NCBI RefSeq assembly: GCF_009914755.1
Contig: NC_060939.1
Source of the DNA: the human T2T-CHM13v2.0 reference genome, Homo sapiens
Length of the DNA stretch: 64,000 nt
Reading direction: 5' to 3' (one strand)
Part shown: one piece after another, positions 43,901 to 63,508 of the stretch
How positions within the stretch are numbered: the stretch's first letter is position 1
Layout: every line of letters starts with the position of its first letter
Program-made: the position numbers and the translations under genes
Notes under the pieces: model-generated
Seen by the model: the letters and a program-made list of their open reading frames with translations, nothing else
The model's database searches: none
What the model was told of the DNA's origin: nothing

Positions 43901-44460
43901 GTAGCTGGGATTACAGGTGCGTGCCACCATGCCCAGCTAATTTCTGTATTTTTAGTAGAGATGGGGTTTCACCCTGTTGGCCAGGCTGGTCTCAAACTCC
44001 TGATCTCAAGTGATCTGGCTGCCTTGGCCTCCCAAAGTGCTGGGATTACAGGCGTGAGCCACTGCGCCCGACCAGTTTCCTGATTTTGATCTTTGTACTT
44101 TGGGTGATGTAAGATGTCAACACTTGGGAGATTTGGGTGAAGGATTATGGGAATTCTTTATACTACTTTTCCAAATTTTTTTCAAGTCTGAAATCATTTC
44201 AAGATGAAAAGTTGAAAAAAATCGAGGGTCAGAAAGTACATAGTATGCTTCTTTTCCATAAGAATATTAGAGAAATAAGTATTTATATTTTATTTTAATT
44301 TGCTTGTATTTGCTTACAAAAGCACTGGAAAGATAAATGAGAAATTAATAAAAACTGTTACTTATGGGCGACCAGATGAGGAATGGGTGGATGGGGCAGA
44401 GTGAGAGTGAGGCTTCTCTGTGTACACCTTTTTAAATTATGTAAATGTACTATCTATCCT
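40915..44460 (+). mobile_element. Large fragmented old L1 (L1MC/MD-type) hosting Alus (41437-41745 +, 43780-44072 -) and a Tigger2
   Basis: L1 3' motifs: atatgacattctggaaaaggcaaaactata; agtaactttacagtgaagaaaccc; actgaccagtactcctcaaaaatgtcaagatcatgaaagacaagg. Confidence 0.75.
41952..42543. mobile_element. Tigger2-type DNA transposon with an Alu right arm inside (~42313-42460)
   Basis: TA|cagctgacccttcaacaa ... ttattcaagggtcatctg|TA; internal ctcctcagcctactcagtgtaaagacgatgaggatgaagacc. Confidence 0.85.
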
Positions 44461-44664
44461 CTGTCTCAAAAACCAAAACCCCAAAAAACTAAATCACCTT
44501 ATAGTTCATAAAGGCAAAGATATTTTATTTCATAGTTTCTCACAATGAAATAAATAGTAATTATCCTATGAGGTAGTTACTATTATTATATCATTACCAT
44601 TTTAGACATGAGTAAATGAGGGCATATATGTATAAATAACTTATTCAAAGTCATTAGCTAATGA

Positions 44665-44972
44665 GGCCGGGCACAGTGGCTCAGGCCTGTAATCCTAGCA
44701 CTTTGGGAGGCCGAGGTGGGCAGATCACTTGAGGACAGAAGTTTGAGACCAGCCTGGGCAATATGATGAAACCTAGTCTCTACTAAAAATACAAAATTAG
44801 CTGGGCATGATGGCAGGTGCCTGTAATCCCAGCTACTTGGAAGGCTGAGGCAGGAGAATCGCTTGAACCCGGGAGATGGAAGATGGAGGTTGCACTGAGC
44901 CGAGATTGTGCATTGCACTCTAACCTGGGCAGCAGAGCAAAACTTCCTCTCAGAAAACAAAAACAAAAAAAC
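44665..44972 (+). mobile_element. Alu
   Basis: Perfect TSD agtcattagctaatga at 44649 and 44973. Confidence 0.95.
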
Positions 44973-45044
44973 AGTCATTAGCTAATGAGACCCCAGAACC
45001 TGCACAGGGAGATTACCAACAGGGAAAGCAGATTTCAGAAAATG

Positions 45045-45504
<460 letters not shown>

Positions 45505-45587
45505 TCAGAAAATGGTATGGAAAAGAAAGGCATGGTCCTATGGCCAGAGACTTGAAAGGGAGTTCCAGAAGAAAGAAAACTTCCCAC

Positions 45588-45925
45588 TGTCTTAGTCAGC
45601 TTAAGACTTTGTGGCTTAAACAACAGACATTTATTTCTCATGCTTCTGGAACCTGGGAAGTCCAAGACCAGGGTGCTGGAAGACTCAATCCTTGATAAGG
45701 TCCCACTTTTTGGCTTTTAGTCAGCTGCGTTCTTGCTGTATCCTCATGTGACTCAGACACTGGTTTCCTCTTCTTATAAGGACACTAATCCCATCATGAG
45801 GGCCCTACCCTCATGACCTCATCGAAACCTAAGGACCTCCCAAAGGCCCTGCCTCTTAATCCTATCTCATTGAAGGTTAGGCCTTCAACAGATGAATTTT
45901 TGGAGGACACATTCAGTCCATAACA
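45588..45925 (-). mobile_element. MLT1A/B-type LTR
   Basis: tgtcttagtc...cttaaacaacagacatttatttctca...ttcttataaggacactaatcccatcatgagggccc...gatgaatttttggaggacacattcagtccataaca. Confidence 0.85.
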
Positions 45926-45994
45926 CTTCCCACCCCCCAACACACAAACTTTTAAAAATCTGTGTTAAGTATGTACTTTGTGCTGTAAAGTGCT

Positions 45995-47010
<1,016 letters not shown>

Positions 47011-47769
47011 CCAACTATGAAAAAGAGAGTTGGCCCTATAGGCATGTGTGATATATCGCAATGCATAAGCATACAGGCTCTGGAATTGGACAAACCTAGA
47101 TTTGAATAGTAGCCCTGTCACTTATTAGCCGTGGGCAAATTCTATAATCTCGATGTGCCACTCTCCTCCTTGCACCATGGGTTTAACCACATTGCCTGGG
47201 CTACTGTGCGGATTGGATGAGATGATGCATGTGGAGTCAGCAAGATGCCTGTCACTCCCCCTCCCTCCCAGGTCTTCACTGATGAAAGCAGGTATCAAAG
47301 TCAAGCAGATGGAAATGAAACTGGCAATTTTATTATTGGTGGAGTTAGTGGAGAACAATAGGAATATTTCAAAAAAAATGATGCCTGCGTCAACATAAAA
47401 GCATTTTCAACAAATTGTGTTATAATATCCAGGTCTGCATAAGAAGTTTTTTTTAACCTACATGTATCTTAATACTTCTTTGTTGGTGCCTCTCCATTAG
47501 TTCATTTGAATAAGAGAAAAATGTCAAAATATTTTGGTAATTTTTATAGATTTCATAAGGGGAGTTTGTCATTAGTTTGTGTGGATTTTTTTTTTTTTTT
47601 TTCTGGCTGTGGATGCTTTGAATGGTAGAAGACTGAAGGGAAGGGAAGTGTGGTGAGGTGGGGCTTGAACAAGATACTACATGTTATAAGTGATTTTCTG
47701 AATTTCTTTTTTTAAAATAAGCTAATTTGTAATATTTTATAACTAGATGGTTTTATTAGATGCTCATAA

Positions 47770-48123
<354 letters not shown>

Positions 48124-49874
48124 TAGAAAACTTTTTTTAATAAAAATAAATAATCTCCTTTCTTCCTTTTGTCATATGTATGTGTACACACATAAAATCA
48201 AAATCATAACCACAATGTTTTTCTTTTCATTTTTTGTTTTTCTCTACAACCTGGGCCCAGGAGCTCCTTCATCTTTTTTTTTTTTTTTAATTGTGGTAAA
48301 ATCTGCATAACATAAAATGTACCAGCTAATCTATTATTAAGCATACAGTTCAGTGCATTGAGTACATTTACAGCGTTGTGTAACCACCATCACCATCCAT
48401 CTCCAGAAAGATTTCATCGACACACCATGTTTCAAACTTCTCGATTTTATAAAGTGCCTCTCATTCAAATAGTAACAGCTGAAGAAAAAAATGCAGGTAC
48501 CATGCAACATCTGACTTCTCAGCTGCCACACTCAGAAGTAACAAAGAACCCCCTTTTGAAAATCTCTTCCCATTTTATCTTTCTTTACAACTCCATAGCA
48601 ATGTTGTTTTATGCAAACAAAATGTAAAACAGAGAACAAATAGTTTGTCCCCTGCTGCTATATAAAAACCAAAGTTTGTAACAAGGTAACTATTTTATAG
48701 CCCTCCAAGCTCAATAAAAGTACATTCTTCCTGTTGTGTTCTATCTTTTGGGCAGGTATGTAATTAAGATAGATGGTGTGTGATCCTAAGAACTCCCTTA
48801 CCGGAGCATGTTCTGGCCAAATTCAGTGTGTTACATTATACTGTTCCTTTATATGTCCCTTAGTATTATACTTCTTAGCTGTCCACATCATATCCAATAT
48901 AGGTCACTTTCCTTCCTAAAATGTTTTCTACCATTTTTATATCTACTGAGGGCGTTATAATTCTGAGATATCTGAATTTTATTGCTGAATGGTTAAATCT
49001 TTTTCTGGTGTGAATTCATTAAGGTGCTGAAACATAAATTGTACTATGTTTGTGGGAGTTATCTTTCACTTTTTCTTTGTTTTCTGCAAATTTTTTAATC
49101 CTCTGAAAATAGGCCAGGCCACCTTATCAGTGCGAGGTATCCAGAGCTCCACTCTCTTCTGAGCTTAAGAATGTTCTAGAATATTGTAAGGGGGGAATGG
49201 AGTACTCAGGAGCAGGAGAGAGGGAATGTGCAAAATCTCTGGGCACAAGTGGGTGTTCCCCTCCCAGCTGGTAACCAGGTGATGGGCTGACTGCAGGGAA
49301 GGGAAGGCCTCGTCCAGGAAGGGACAGCTGGTGCAGCCTGCGGCAGGCTAGTAGAGGCCACGGGCTCCTACTTGCGCCTTCGTGCTGGGAAACCGGATTT
49401 TTTTCCTTCTTCATGTTTTAAGGGCTTCTTCAGCACAGCTTTGCCCCACCACCTCCACAGTCTTCTCTCCCCCTAGTCTGGAATAAGATGTTCTAGTCCC
49501 TCAAATCAAATCCCACATGTAAGCCTCACATTTCCCCAACTTTTACCTAGGACTGCAGACCTCCAAGCCCAGAGGCTTTGGAAACAATCTTCAACTGCTT
49601 TCTCTCTGCTTTCCACCCTGTGTCCCCCTGCAGGCAGCTTGCAAAGAGCAGAGGCTTGGAAAGGAGAAGTGGGGCAGGAAGCGCAGAAAGTGCAGGATTC
49701 TGCGGTTAGCATTTCAAAAACATTGCCCTGCTCTGATATAAAGAAGTGGATTTTCTCTGATAGAAAGAAAACACAGTCAAGTCCTATGCTTGGAATATTG
49801 ATCTGTAGAACAGTGGCCCATCTCCAGCCTCAAAGGCTAGTCTTAAAAGAAAAAGGAGAAAAAAAAAGCAATAG

Positions 49875-50350
<476 letters not shown>

Positions 50351-50607
50351 AGCAAAGCTATTTTTAAACGTTCCCCAGGTACTGAGTGTAGGGCAGAAAC
50401 CCACGTTATGTTAGCAGGGCCCACTCATCCTATAGGCATAGCAGGCACAGCACTTGGGCCCACCATACTTCCAGGACCCACAGAAAAGTTCAATTTCTTT
50501 TAGAATCAGAAGAAAAAGAATAAACTTTTAGGTGGAAGAAAATGACTTCATATATAATATTAACATGTATTTCTTTATATCAATGAATTCATAAAATACA
50601 ATTGTGG

Positions 50608-52065
<1,458 letters not shown>

Positions 52066-52914
52066 CTGGTGGCTTTCTAATGTTTGATTCCGAGATGCTC
52101 ACCTCAGTTCCTGAGATTTCAGAGACACAGTGGATTGGAGGCCTCAGAGAAAAGGAAGCATTGGCCCTAAGAGGTATGGAGCGAATCCAGAGCCTCCTCA
52201 ATGTGAGCCTTTTCCCCTGGGCTTTGCTGGCCTCTGTCGCCCCAGCTCAGTTCCCTCCTGGCTCCTCTGGCAGGCAGAGCTTCCTAAGGTTGAGTTACAA
52301 AAACCACCGTGGTCACTCTCACTTTTCCCCTTTTCCAAACAGATACCCATATTTGAAAAGTCATCTTCTTCATATTGGCACAAACTCCAGAGTTCTCCTG
52401 GCAAGGGAAAGGCATGTGGACGCCAATCTCCATGTCCTTGAATTTCATGGAAGGGAACTCATGTTGAGGGAGACTGAGGTATCAGGCAGGAAAGAACAGG
52501 TCAATACTCATTCCACCGGCACCGGGTGGGGCTTGGAAAAGCCAGTCACCTGCACTTGCTGGTTGCAAGACTAAAGCACACAGATGGAGACTCACAGGAA
52601 AATCACTCATCTGAAAACTCTCTGTGGCTGCCAGAGGCTCTGATGTCCCTTGGCTCCGGGTAGGAGCTGTCAAGGAGAAAGCCAACTGTGGTCTGAAATG
52701 AGGGAAGCAAGGCTTGGGATAATGATCCCTTAGATGCCTTCTGGTTTGAGGTCTTATGACTCTTCAGCAAAGCTCTGGTTCTGACAGACCCAGGTCTCAA
52801 TCTCTGCTTCTCTATTTATTTATCAAGAATAAATAAATTTATACATTTTATTTATCCGTAAATTGGAGATAAGAACATGTACCTCATGGGTTGTTCTGAA
52901 ATTTATTTTTATTT

Positions 52915-54298
<1,384 letters not shown>

Positions 54299-54863
54299 TA
54301 AGGTTTTGTTTTTAATCTTGGAATTGGAGCTATCCTGACTTTGCCCAAAGCATGGTTCGAAAGGGACTTTTCGATTTGGAGTTGTTTCAACATAATCAAG
54401 GACACATTCCCAATAACATTTAGTACATGCATGTTTATTGAATTAGTATTAGTTGGTGTTTTGGGGATGGCTGAGGGGATGGTGAGTGTAAACTTGCCTT
54501 GTTTCTGGAAAATTCCTCCTTCCACTGGTCAGCAGAGCTTTGACATTCCTCCACTAAGTTCTTCAGTCTCCAAGACAGGCAGTCCAAGCTTCTAGAAACT
54601 CAAGCCATGCTTGGATCCAACCAGGGTCCAACCGACCACAAAATGTATCTAAAATACTTTTGACTATGCTGGATCCCTCTAATGTTGCTATTGGTTCTCT
54701 CTTGATTTTTCATTTACCTTGCACGTTGAAGTAACTGTGGGAAGAAATCTGTGTTCCCCTTAGGGGAAATACTGGAGGATTAGCATGGAGTCAAACTCAA
54801 GCTATTAGATGTTTTTCTCTTACTGAGAAACTTCACTCCTCTATCAACATTTCCACCATATAA

Positions 54864-55670
<807 letters not shown>

Positions 55671-55909
55671 CATTTATTGTTAATTAGGTCTCACCTCTTC
55701 TGCTATGAGGTCAATAAATATCACCTGTCTTTGCAGGTCCAGGGATCCAGGCTACACGTTACTAGTCAAAGGCCATGGGGCAAGTCTTTATTGGAGATCA
55801 GATGGGCTGGGTCAGTCTGGCCTGGCCACAAGAAGTGAGCTTCACCTCAAAACCTGTTCCACAATGGCATTTCCTGACTGGCTATGTGTGTGTGCACTGA
55901 CTAGCATGT

Positions 55910-56320
55910 GCTCATTCATTCATCAAACATTTACTGAACACCTGCTATGTGCTAGTGGCTAGAGACTCAGGGAGGAATCTGACCCATTCCCTTCAGTTAA
56001 GAAACTCAGTGTGTGGGAGGGCTGAATTATAAGTAAGTAGGTGCTATGATAAAACACCCCACAAGGCAGAAAGGGAGGATGAAGGAGGAGGATTTCTTAG
56101 AGGAGGAGGGACTTAAGCTAAACCTTGAAAGAGCAAGACGGAAGGGTGTTTTAGATGAAGGAACCTTGACAGCAGGCCCAGAGTGTGGATGGCTGGCTAG
56201 GGGCATAGCCCTCTCATTGACTTATCTGCCAGTCAGGGCCAGATTTTGAGGGCTTGCCACACCTTGCCAAGGGGTTTGATTCTTTTTCCGTAGGCCTAGC
56301 AAGTTTGCCTGCCCAAGGGG
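55910..56320 (-). mobile_element. L2 fragment
   Basis: ctcattcattcatcaaacatttactgaacacctgctatgtgcta. Confidence 0.7.
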
Positions 56321-56889
56321 CTCTAGAAGTTCAAACGGAAACTTAATATGATTGTTTGATGTATTAAGTCTCTTCCCTCAACACTTGTAGGAGTGAACAC
56401 TTTGAAAAGTGAACAGTTTAAGACTGAGATTCTTCACTTCATGTGGGAAGTGTGCAAAGTCCAAAAATGAGATTGAGCACCCAAGGAATTAGTCTCCCCT
56501 CTGCTCCTGCTCAGAGCCAGACCTTGTTGGAGAGGACACAGCTGGGTCTCACTGGAGGGGAAAGAAGTTTCTATGGCGTCATGCCCATGGAACCTACTGG
56601 TAATCTGACCTCTGGGGTTCTGGGGAAAGCTGTTTATGGGGAAGCAGAGTTTTGGTAGAGTTGCTCCACCACACAACAGCTTGGAGTAGAGGGATAGTGC
56701 CAGGAGAGGCTGCTGGCTGTGGAATGATGTAGGCACCAGGTCCTGAAGGAGTCCTGGCACAGCAGGGGCAGAGCTTGAAACCATGTGCACTGCAGCAGCC
56801 GGGAGGTGCAGAAGCTATAGGTGCTGGGAGAGCTCCCTGGAAGCTCAGATCAACTTTGTGCTGACAGCTTTCCATCACAAGTGAGCACT

Positions 56890-57235
56890 TTTGTTCCAAG
56901 GAGCCCTCTCAGCATGGGAGGTGGGTAGCCTAGAAGTAGGGGTAAGGCATGTAGGAGCGGTCTTTGCTGGAGACTTGGAAAAATACTCCAGCTACCTGAG
57001 CTTCAGGTTGTCAATTCTGGGGGGCATTCAGCATCTTCCCAGGAGGTCCCAGGGGAATCAGGCCCCCTGCATATAGCACCAGTCTCATTAACACACCCTA
57101 ATACTGGCCTTTCCTCCTTGCCTGTCGCACTCTTCCTGCTTCCTCTCTCCGGCTTCTAGGGATCACCCTAAATACACCACCAGCAGGCAAGTCTTGTCAC
57201 AGGCTCCTCCTTCAGGGCAACCCGTATTAAGGCAG
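56890..57235 (+). mobile_element. ERVL LTR16-like fragment
   Basis: ccggcttctagggatcacctaaata...aagtcttgtcacaggctc...agggcaacccgtattaaggca. Confidence 0.5.
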
Positions 57236-57459
57236 CCTGTTTCCCAATGACTCCAAGCAAAAGCCCTCTTCCCAGGTGCCCTTCCCAATCCCATCTTGCT
57301 TCACAAGCGGAATAGCTTTTCCACTTCAATCAAATAAACCGTGTATTATTTTTTGTTTTGTTCACTTCCTCCTGTTTCCCTGTCTCGGGTGTATGACCAC
57401 ACCTTCCAGAAATGCCCTCCGCACTCTTTCTGTTATCCATGTGCATTACATCTTCTTCT

Positions 57460-57778
<319 letters not shown>

Positions 57779-58828
57779 TGCATTACGTCTTCCAAGTGCA
57801 CGCCATAAGACCTATTCCATGCTGCAGCCTCCCTTCTGTCACTCTTCCTATATTCTGTGTCACTACTCAAATGTCATTTATACTGTAGCACTTATGTGAA
57901 TATTTTTGTATCATGTATTTTATGTACAGAAAATTTGGAGGAGAAAAGAGGTGATTTTTCTCTACTCATCCTCCTGGAAACTTCTCTTTGGCAAGTTGCT
58001 GCCACTGACCCCGCTCTTCCTCCCCTTAATCGTTCTACTGGCTCAAAAACCATAATTAAGGGAGCCAGACTTACATTAAATAAAAAAAAAGACAAAAATG
58101 TTTTTCAGAAGCATTCCCTGGAAATGTTTGCTTTAAGTTGAGGTTGGTGGGGCTTGAGCATTCATCTTGACAATAAGAGCAACGAAAGCAGTATCTCTGG
58201 TAGCTGATCTCTCTCACCTCTGTCTTTACCTCCAATGACTCCTCTTATTTTTGTCATCAGCAAAATATCTGTATGGGAGGGGAAATTGCTGATGAAATGC
58301 TTTTTTGACAGTTAACAAATATTTCCTGAGTGCACACTCTCTACAGATCCTTGGAAGGGCCCATGTGAGAAGTGGATTCGTGACATTCGGCACTGCCCTC
58401 TCCTTCAGGAGTCCCTCACCCTTGGGCTTCCGTCAAAGACTCCTGGGTTCTTCCCAACAGCTCTCAGTTACCCTCCTCTTTCTCCCTTGGGTGATGCCCT
58501 CTGCTTCCTCCACCCTCAGTGAAGGCACTGCACTCTCCTTTCCTGGCTCCTGGTCCTCACTCTCCCCTCACCCTCCACATGGATGCTGCCCAGAGACACT
58601 CCTCCACTTCCCAGCTGCCTGCTGGGGCATTTCCACTGAAAAGTTCCACCATTACTTCATGCTCCATGGAACCTTCAGGAGCTCTCCTGAAAAGCAGCCT
58701 CTTTCCATATTGTTCCTATTTCTGATGCTCCAAGGCACCCAGCCTGGAAGCCTCAGCTTTGCCTTTGCCAGTTCCACTCCCTCATTGCACACATCTGGTC
58801 ACCAAGACATCTGGTCTTCCAAACAAGA

Positions 58829-59222
58829 GCCCTTCCCTTCCCTTTTCCCTTCCCTTCCCTTCCCTTTTCCCTTCCCTTCCCCTTTTCCTTCCCTGTGCTT
58901 CCCTTCCCCTTCTCCTTCCCTTCCCCTTCTCCTGCCTTCCCTCCCTCCCTCCTTTCTCTTTTTCTTCCCTTCCCTTTTTCCTTCCCTTCCTTTTCCCTCC
59001 CTTCCCCGTTTCCTTCCCTTCCCTTCCCTTTTTCCTTCCCTTCCCCTTTTTCTTCCCTTCCCCTTTTCCTTACCTTCTGCTTTTCCTTCCCTTCCCCTTC
59101 TCTCTCTCCTTCCTTCCTTCATTAGTTCCTTCCTTCCTTCCTTCCCTCCCTCCCTTCCTTCCTTCTCTCCCTCCCTCCCTCCCTCTCTCCTTTCTCTCTT
59201 TCTTTTCTTTTCTTTCTTTTTT
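58829..59222. repeat. Polypyrimidine (CCCTT)n/(CCTT)n/(CTTT)n low-complexity tract
   Basis: Seen directly; continuous with the poly-T tail of the adjacent Alu. Confidence 0.95.
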
Positions 59223-59370
59223 TGAGACAATTTCATTCTGTTGCCCAGGCTGGAGTCCACTGGGGCAGTCACAGCTCACTGCAACCTCAACCTCCCAGGA
59301 TCAGTTGATCCTCCCACCTCAGCCTCCTGAGTAGCTGGAACTACAGGCACATGCTACCATGCCTGGCTAA

Positions 59371-59422
<52 letters not shown>

Positions 59423-59572
59423 CGCTTTTTTTCTTTTTCTTTTTCTTTTTTTTTTGGTAGAGACAGTTTTCGCCATGTTGCCCAGGCTGGTCTTGAATTC
59501 CTGTGCTCAGGTGATCCACTGCCTTGGCCTCCCAAAGTGTTGGGATTACAGGCATAAGCCACTGCACCCAGT
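59223..59572 (-). mobile_element. AluJ-like element with (TG)~23 microsatellite in its middle linker (59373-59419)
   Basis: Seen directly. Confidence 0.9.
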
Positions 59573-60057
59573 TGGAAAATTCTTTCCTGTCCCTCCCTGC
59601 TGCAACTCCCCATCTACCCCATGACTCTGCTGGTTCCTAGGCCATGGGTCTCCCCCATCTGGTTCCCAGGGCCATTTAGGTGCCCTCTATTGCATGCAGG
59701 TTCCATTCTAGTCATTTTGAGGTGTCCAAGTACTGTTTGGTTGCCTTGAGCCCCCTCACTTTGGCATTTGATGCCTTTTCCACCCTCTGACCCCATCCAC
59801 CTTTCTAGTATGCCTCATCCCATTTTCTAGCATGTGTGTCCTGCCCCAGGCAGCCTCTGCTCAGGAAAGCTGGTCCACCCTCTGGGCACTGTTCACACAC
59901 CCCATCACCTTGGCTGTCTTCCCCAACCTAGACCTGCTAACTCTGGAATAGTGCAATACCGCTTCCTCCAAAAAGACTCCCTTGACCATGCTGCCCACTT
60001 GGGATAAGTAGCATCTTTTTTTTTTTTTCTTTCTTTCCTGGCAATGAATCACTATTA

Positions 60058-60136
60058 TTAGGTCGGAGCAAAAGTAACTGTGGCTTTTCCCATTGAAAGT
60101 AATAGCAAAACTGCAATTACTTTTGCACCAACCTAT
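60058..60136. mobile_element. MADE1 (Hsmar1-derived palindromic MITE)
   Basis: TA|ttaggtcggagcaaaagtaactgtggcttttcccattgaaagtaatagcaaaactgcaattacttttgcaccaacctat|TA; 79 bp. Confidence 0.92.
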
Positions 60137-60207
60137 TACTTTTTCAAGTCCTTTTATATTGTTTTGAATTGTTAAGTTTTCAAGGGTCTATTTCATTCAA
60201 TATGTCA

Positions 60208-60564
<357 letters not shown>

Positions 60565-60959
60565 TCATAGCTGGTGAAGTATCCAGCTTTTCATTTTACG
60601 GATGAGTGAACTGGGGTTTAGAACTGATAACATTTTGCCCAAGTTCTCACAGCTAGCGAGAGGCGTGCCGCAGTTTATCGTGGGGTGGGTCTAAACAAGG
60701 ACCTAAAAACTGTATTCGAATCCCAGCCCTACTACCGCCAGCTGTGTGACCTTACGAGGCGCCTCACTTTACTGTTTCTCCAACAGAGACAGACATTTCT
60801 TGTTACCGCGCAAGTGGGATAACCTCCCCACCAGTGTCTAGACACAGTAGGTGCTCAATAAATAGGTGTGGGTTTGCGGTGGCAGAAGAGCGCTATCCCT
60901 TAAGTTTCTGACAGTGAGGGGGAAAAAGGCTAAGCAGGGAAAGGAAGGGAAAGGGGTAA

Positions 60960-61935
60960 ACTGAGCTCGGCGCAGTCGAGAGCGCGAAATAGGGAGGGCT
61001 TCCTGCAGGCCAGGAATTTGGAGAGGCCGAGGCTGGGAGAAGAAAAATGCCCGTTGACGGCGGAGGGGAGGTGGAAGGACGAACGGCTCCGGGAAGGGGT
61101 GAGGTCTAAGCGCAGCCCCGGGCCCAGCGGAGCCGAGGGCGGGTGGTGCGGGGGTTCCTGGGTAGGTTCGTCCCGACGGGCCGCGGGCGGATTGAAGGGA
61201 GGGTTGGGCCCGCCGGCAGCCCCGGCGGGTCCAGGCCCCCGGCCAGCCCCTGCCCCTCCTCCCAGGAGGGCGGGCGGCGACTGCGGGGCGGGGCGCGGGC
61301 TCGCTCGGCCTCCCGGCGGCGCCGCGGCCCTTGCACTCCGGCCGGGCTCTGCTGGCTGCGGCGGGAGCTGGACGCGGGAGGAGGCGGCGGCGGCGGTGAG
61401 TGAGCTCCGGGCTGGAGCGGGGCGGGGTGTGCGCCGGCAGCCGGGTTTCGGGGTGCTAGGGGCCGCCCAGGGCGGCGGGACCCCCAGGGGTTCGGGCTCA
61501 GCCAGGTGCACTGTGCTCAGTCCGCGCGTCCACTCTCGGTGACCCGCGCCGCGCGTGTCCTGGGGCTCGAAGATGCGACCCGGACTCCCGCGCCGCGCCC
61601 CGCCGAGGGCAGGCGCAGAACAGATGCGGGCGATCCCTGGGGAACCCGCTTCGGGGCGGGGTGGGAGGGAGGAGGCCCTGCAGAACCTCCCTTTAGTGAA
61701 GAGGGACTTTCTGCCTTCGCACCCCTGCCTGGACCCTCCGGCTCTAGTGACAGCTGGGAGAGACTCACACGAAGCAGTTTCTGACCTATCCTGTCGTACA
61801 CAAGTCCTCGGCGTGCTCGGCCGGACCATCCCCTGGAAAGAAAGGGGCGTGTGACCTTTCTCTCCCCGATCCTCCAGACCACTGCGCCGCCCAGGGAGGT
61901 CATCCCCGAGAGAGCCCCCGCCTCACTCGGAGCAC
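60960..61935 (+). promoter_or_regulatory. CpG-island promoter of a plus-strand gene
   Basis: Very high GC/CpG; Sp1 box ggggcggggc at 61285-61294; no TATA; strong donor downstream. Confidence 0.9.
61295..61395 (+). other. Probable non-coding first exon (5' UTR); start approximate
   Basis: Ends (GGC)n GCG|GTGAGT (GT at 61396-97); no ATG in the exon; downstream sequence looks intronic. Identity possibly CIPC (unverified recall). Confidence 0.65.
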
Positions 61936-62149
61936 ACATTCTAGCTCTCCCCGGGACTTTTCCAAGTTGCATCACTGTTTGGCCTCTAGACAGGTACTTG
62001 GCTGTCATGTTGGAGTTAGTTACACAGGATTTTTGAAACTTTGTATATTTGCTTTGTGTGTTCTTCACCCTAAGGCCGCTGCCCTCCCGACTCTGCTTAT
62101 GCCGCTCAAAACGTTGCTCAAAGCTCGCTGGGAATGCTTTTGCGGGCAT

Positions 62150-62315
62150 TGGTTCTCAAACTTGGCCCCACATCTGGAGAGTTTTAAAAAATACTGGTGC
62201 CTGTGTCCCACTCCCAGAGATCTGGATTCGGCTTGCCTGGGTTGCAGCCTGGACAATGGAATTTTTAAGACGCCGCAGGTGATTCTAATGTGCAGGCAAG
62301 TTTGAAAACCTCTGC
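62150..62315. mobile_element. MER5A-type MITE
   Basis: ggttctcaaacttggc...gttttaaaaaatactggtgcc...caggtgattctaatgtgcaggcaagtttgaaaacctctg. Confidence 0.8.
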
Positions 62316-63142
62316 TTTGAGAGTTGCTCCCACCAGCCACTCTTCGGACGGCTCAAGATCAGTCCTGATCTAGAACTCATCTCAGGTCCTCATAGCTCTT
62401 CCCTAATCCACCTCTCCACCTGAAGAACCTGTTGATTGGTGCTTTCCAACTTTAGACAGTAGATGGTGCCTTTACTGAAGATCCCTTTGTTTCTACCTCT
62501 CTGTTTACAGTCAATACTGCCAGGGCACTTTCTGCCAAGGAGGTGGGAGTGTAGGCATTAGAACCGAGCAGTCCTTGTCAGGGTCAAGGTTATAATACAG
62601 GGTTGTCCTATTCAGGGAAAACCAAGTGATAATTTGACTTGTCATATTCGGGAATGATTTCAGATTAAAAGGAGAAAAAATACTTTAGGGTTTGGTCAGC
62701 TTTTGGAGACCCTCCGGAGACTCCCCCACGTAGATAATGGAGTTGCATAAATGTGGAGAATTTTCCTTCAAAAAGCCAAAGCTAACAACATCCTTAAGGT
62801 TTTGTGGTTGATATTTGTGTTAACATAAGTCCATTTTTGTAGATTAAACTTATTCTGGAAGTATGATGAAGCCCTGCAGACAGAACACAGTGTATAACAT
62901 GGCACATCTGAGATGACACCTGAGACACCTGTCACATGGTCTTAAAAATGATAGAGAAGTAGGACTAAGGAAAATGTAACCATGCTTATATTGGCTAAAT
63001 TAGGTCATATATTTTATCAAGAAAATGTGTTTTCACTGCCCTTTTTAGTAATGTGATAGTCTCCGGGGATCTTGGTTAATTTACTTTTGTACCCCAAATA
63101 TGATGTTTGCATTAAAATTTCCACCCTGATGTTGCTACCTGA

Positions 63143-63508
<366 letters not shown>

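Noticed and set aside
58305-59334. 306-aa and 191-aa Pro/Phe/Ser ORFs and Arg/Glu/Gly/Lys antisense ORFs
   Set aside because: Translation of the polypyrimidine tract.
60930-62149. 299-, 210- and 174-aa ORFs in the CpG island
   Set aside because: GC-rich sequence is stop-poor; no recognisable domain; mostly non-ATG starts.
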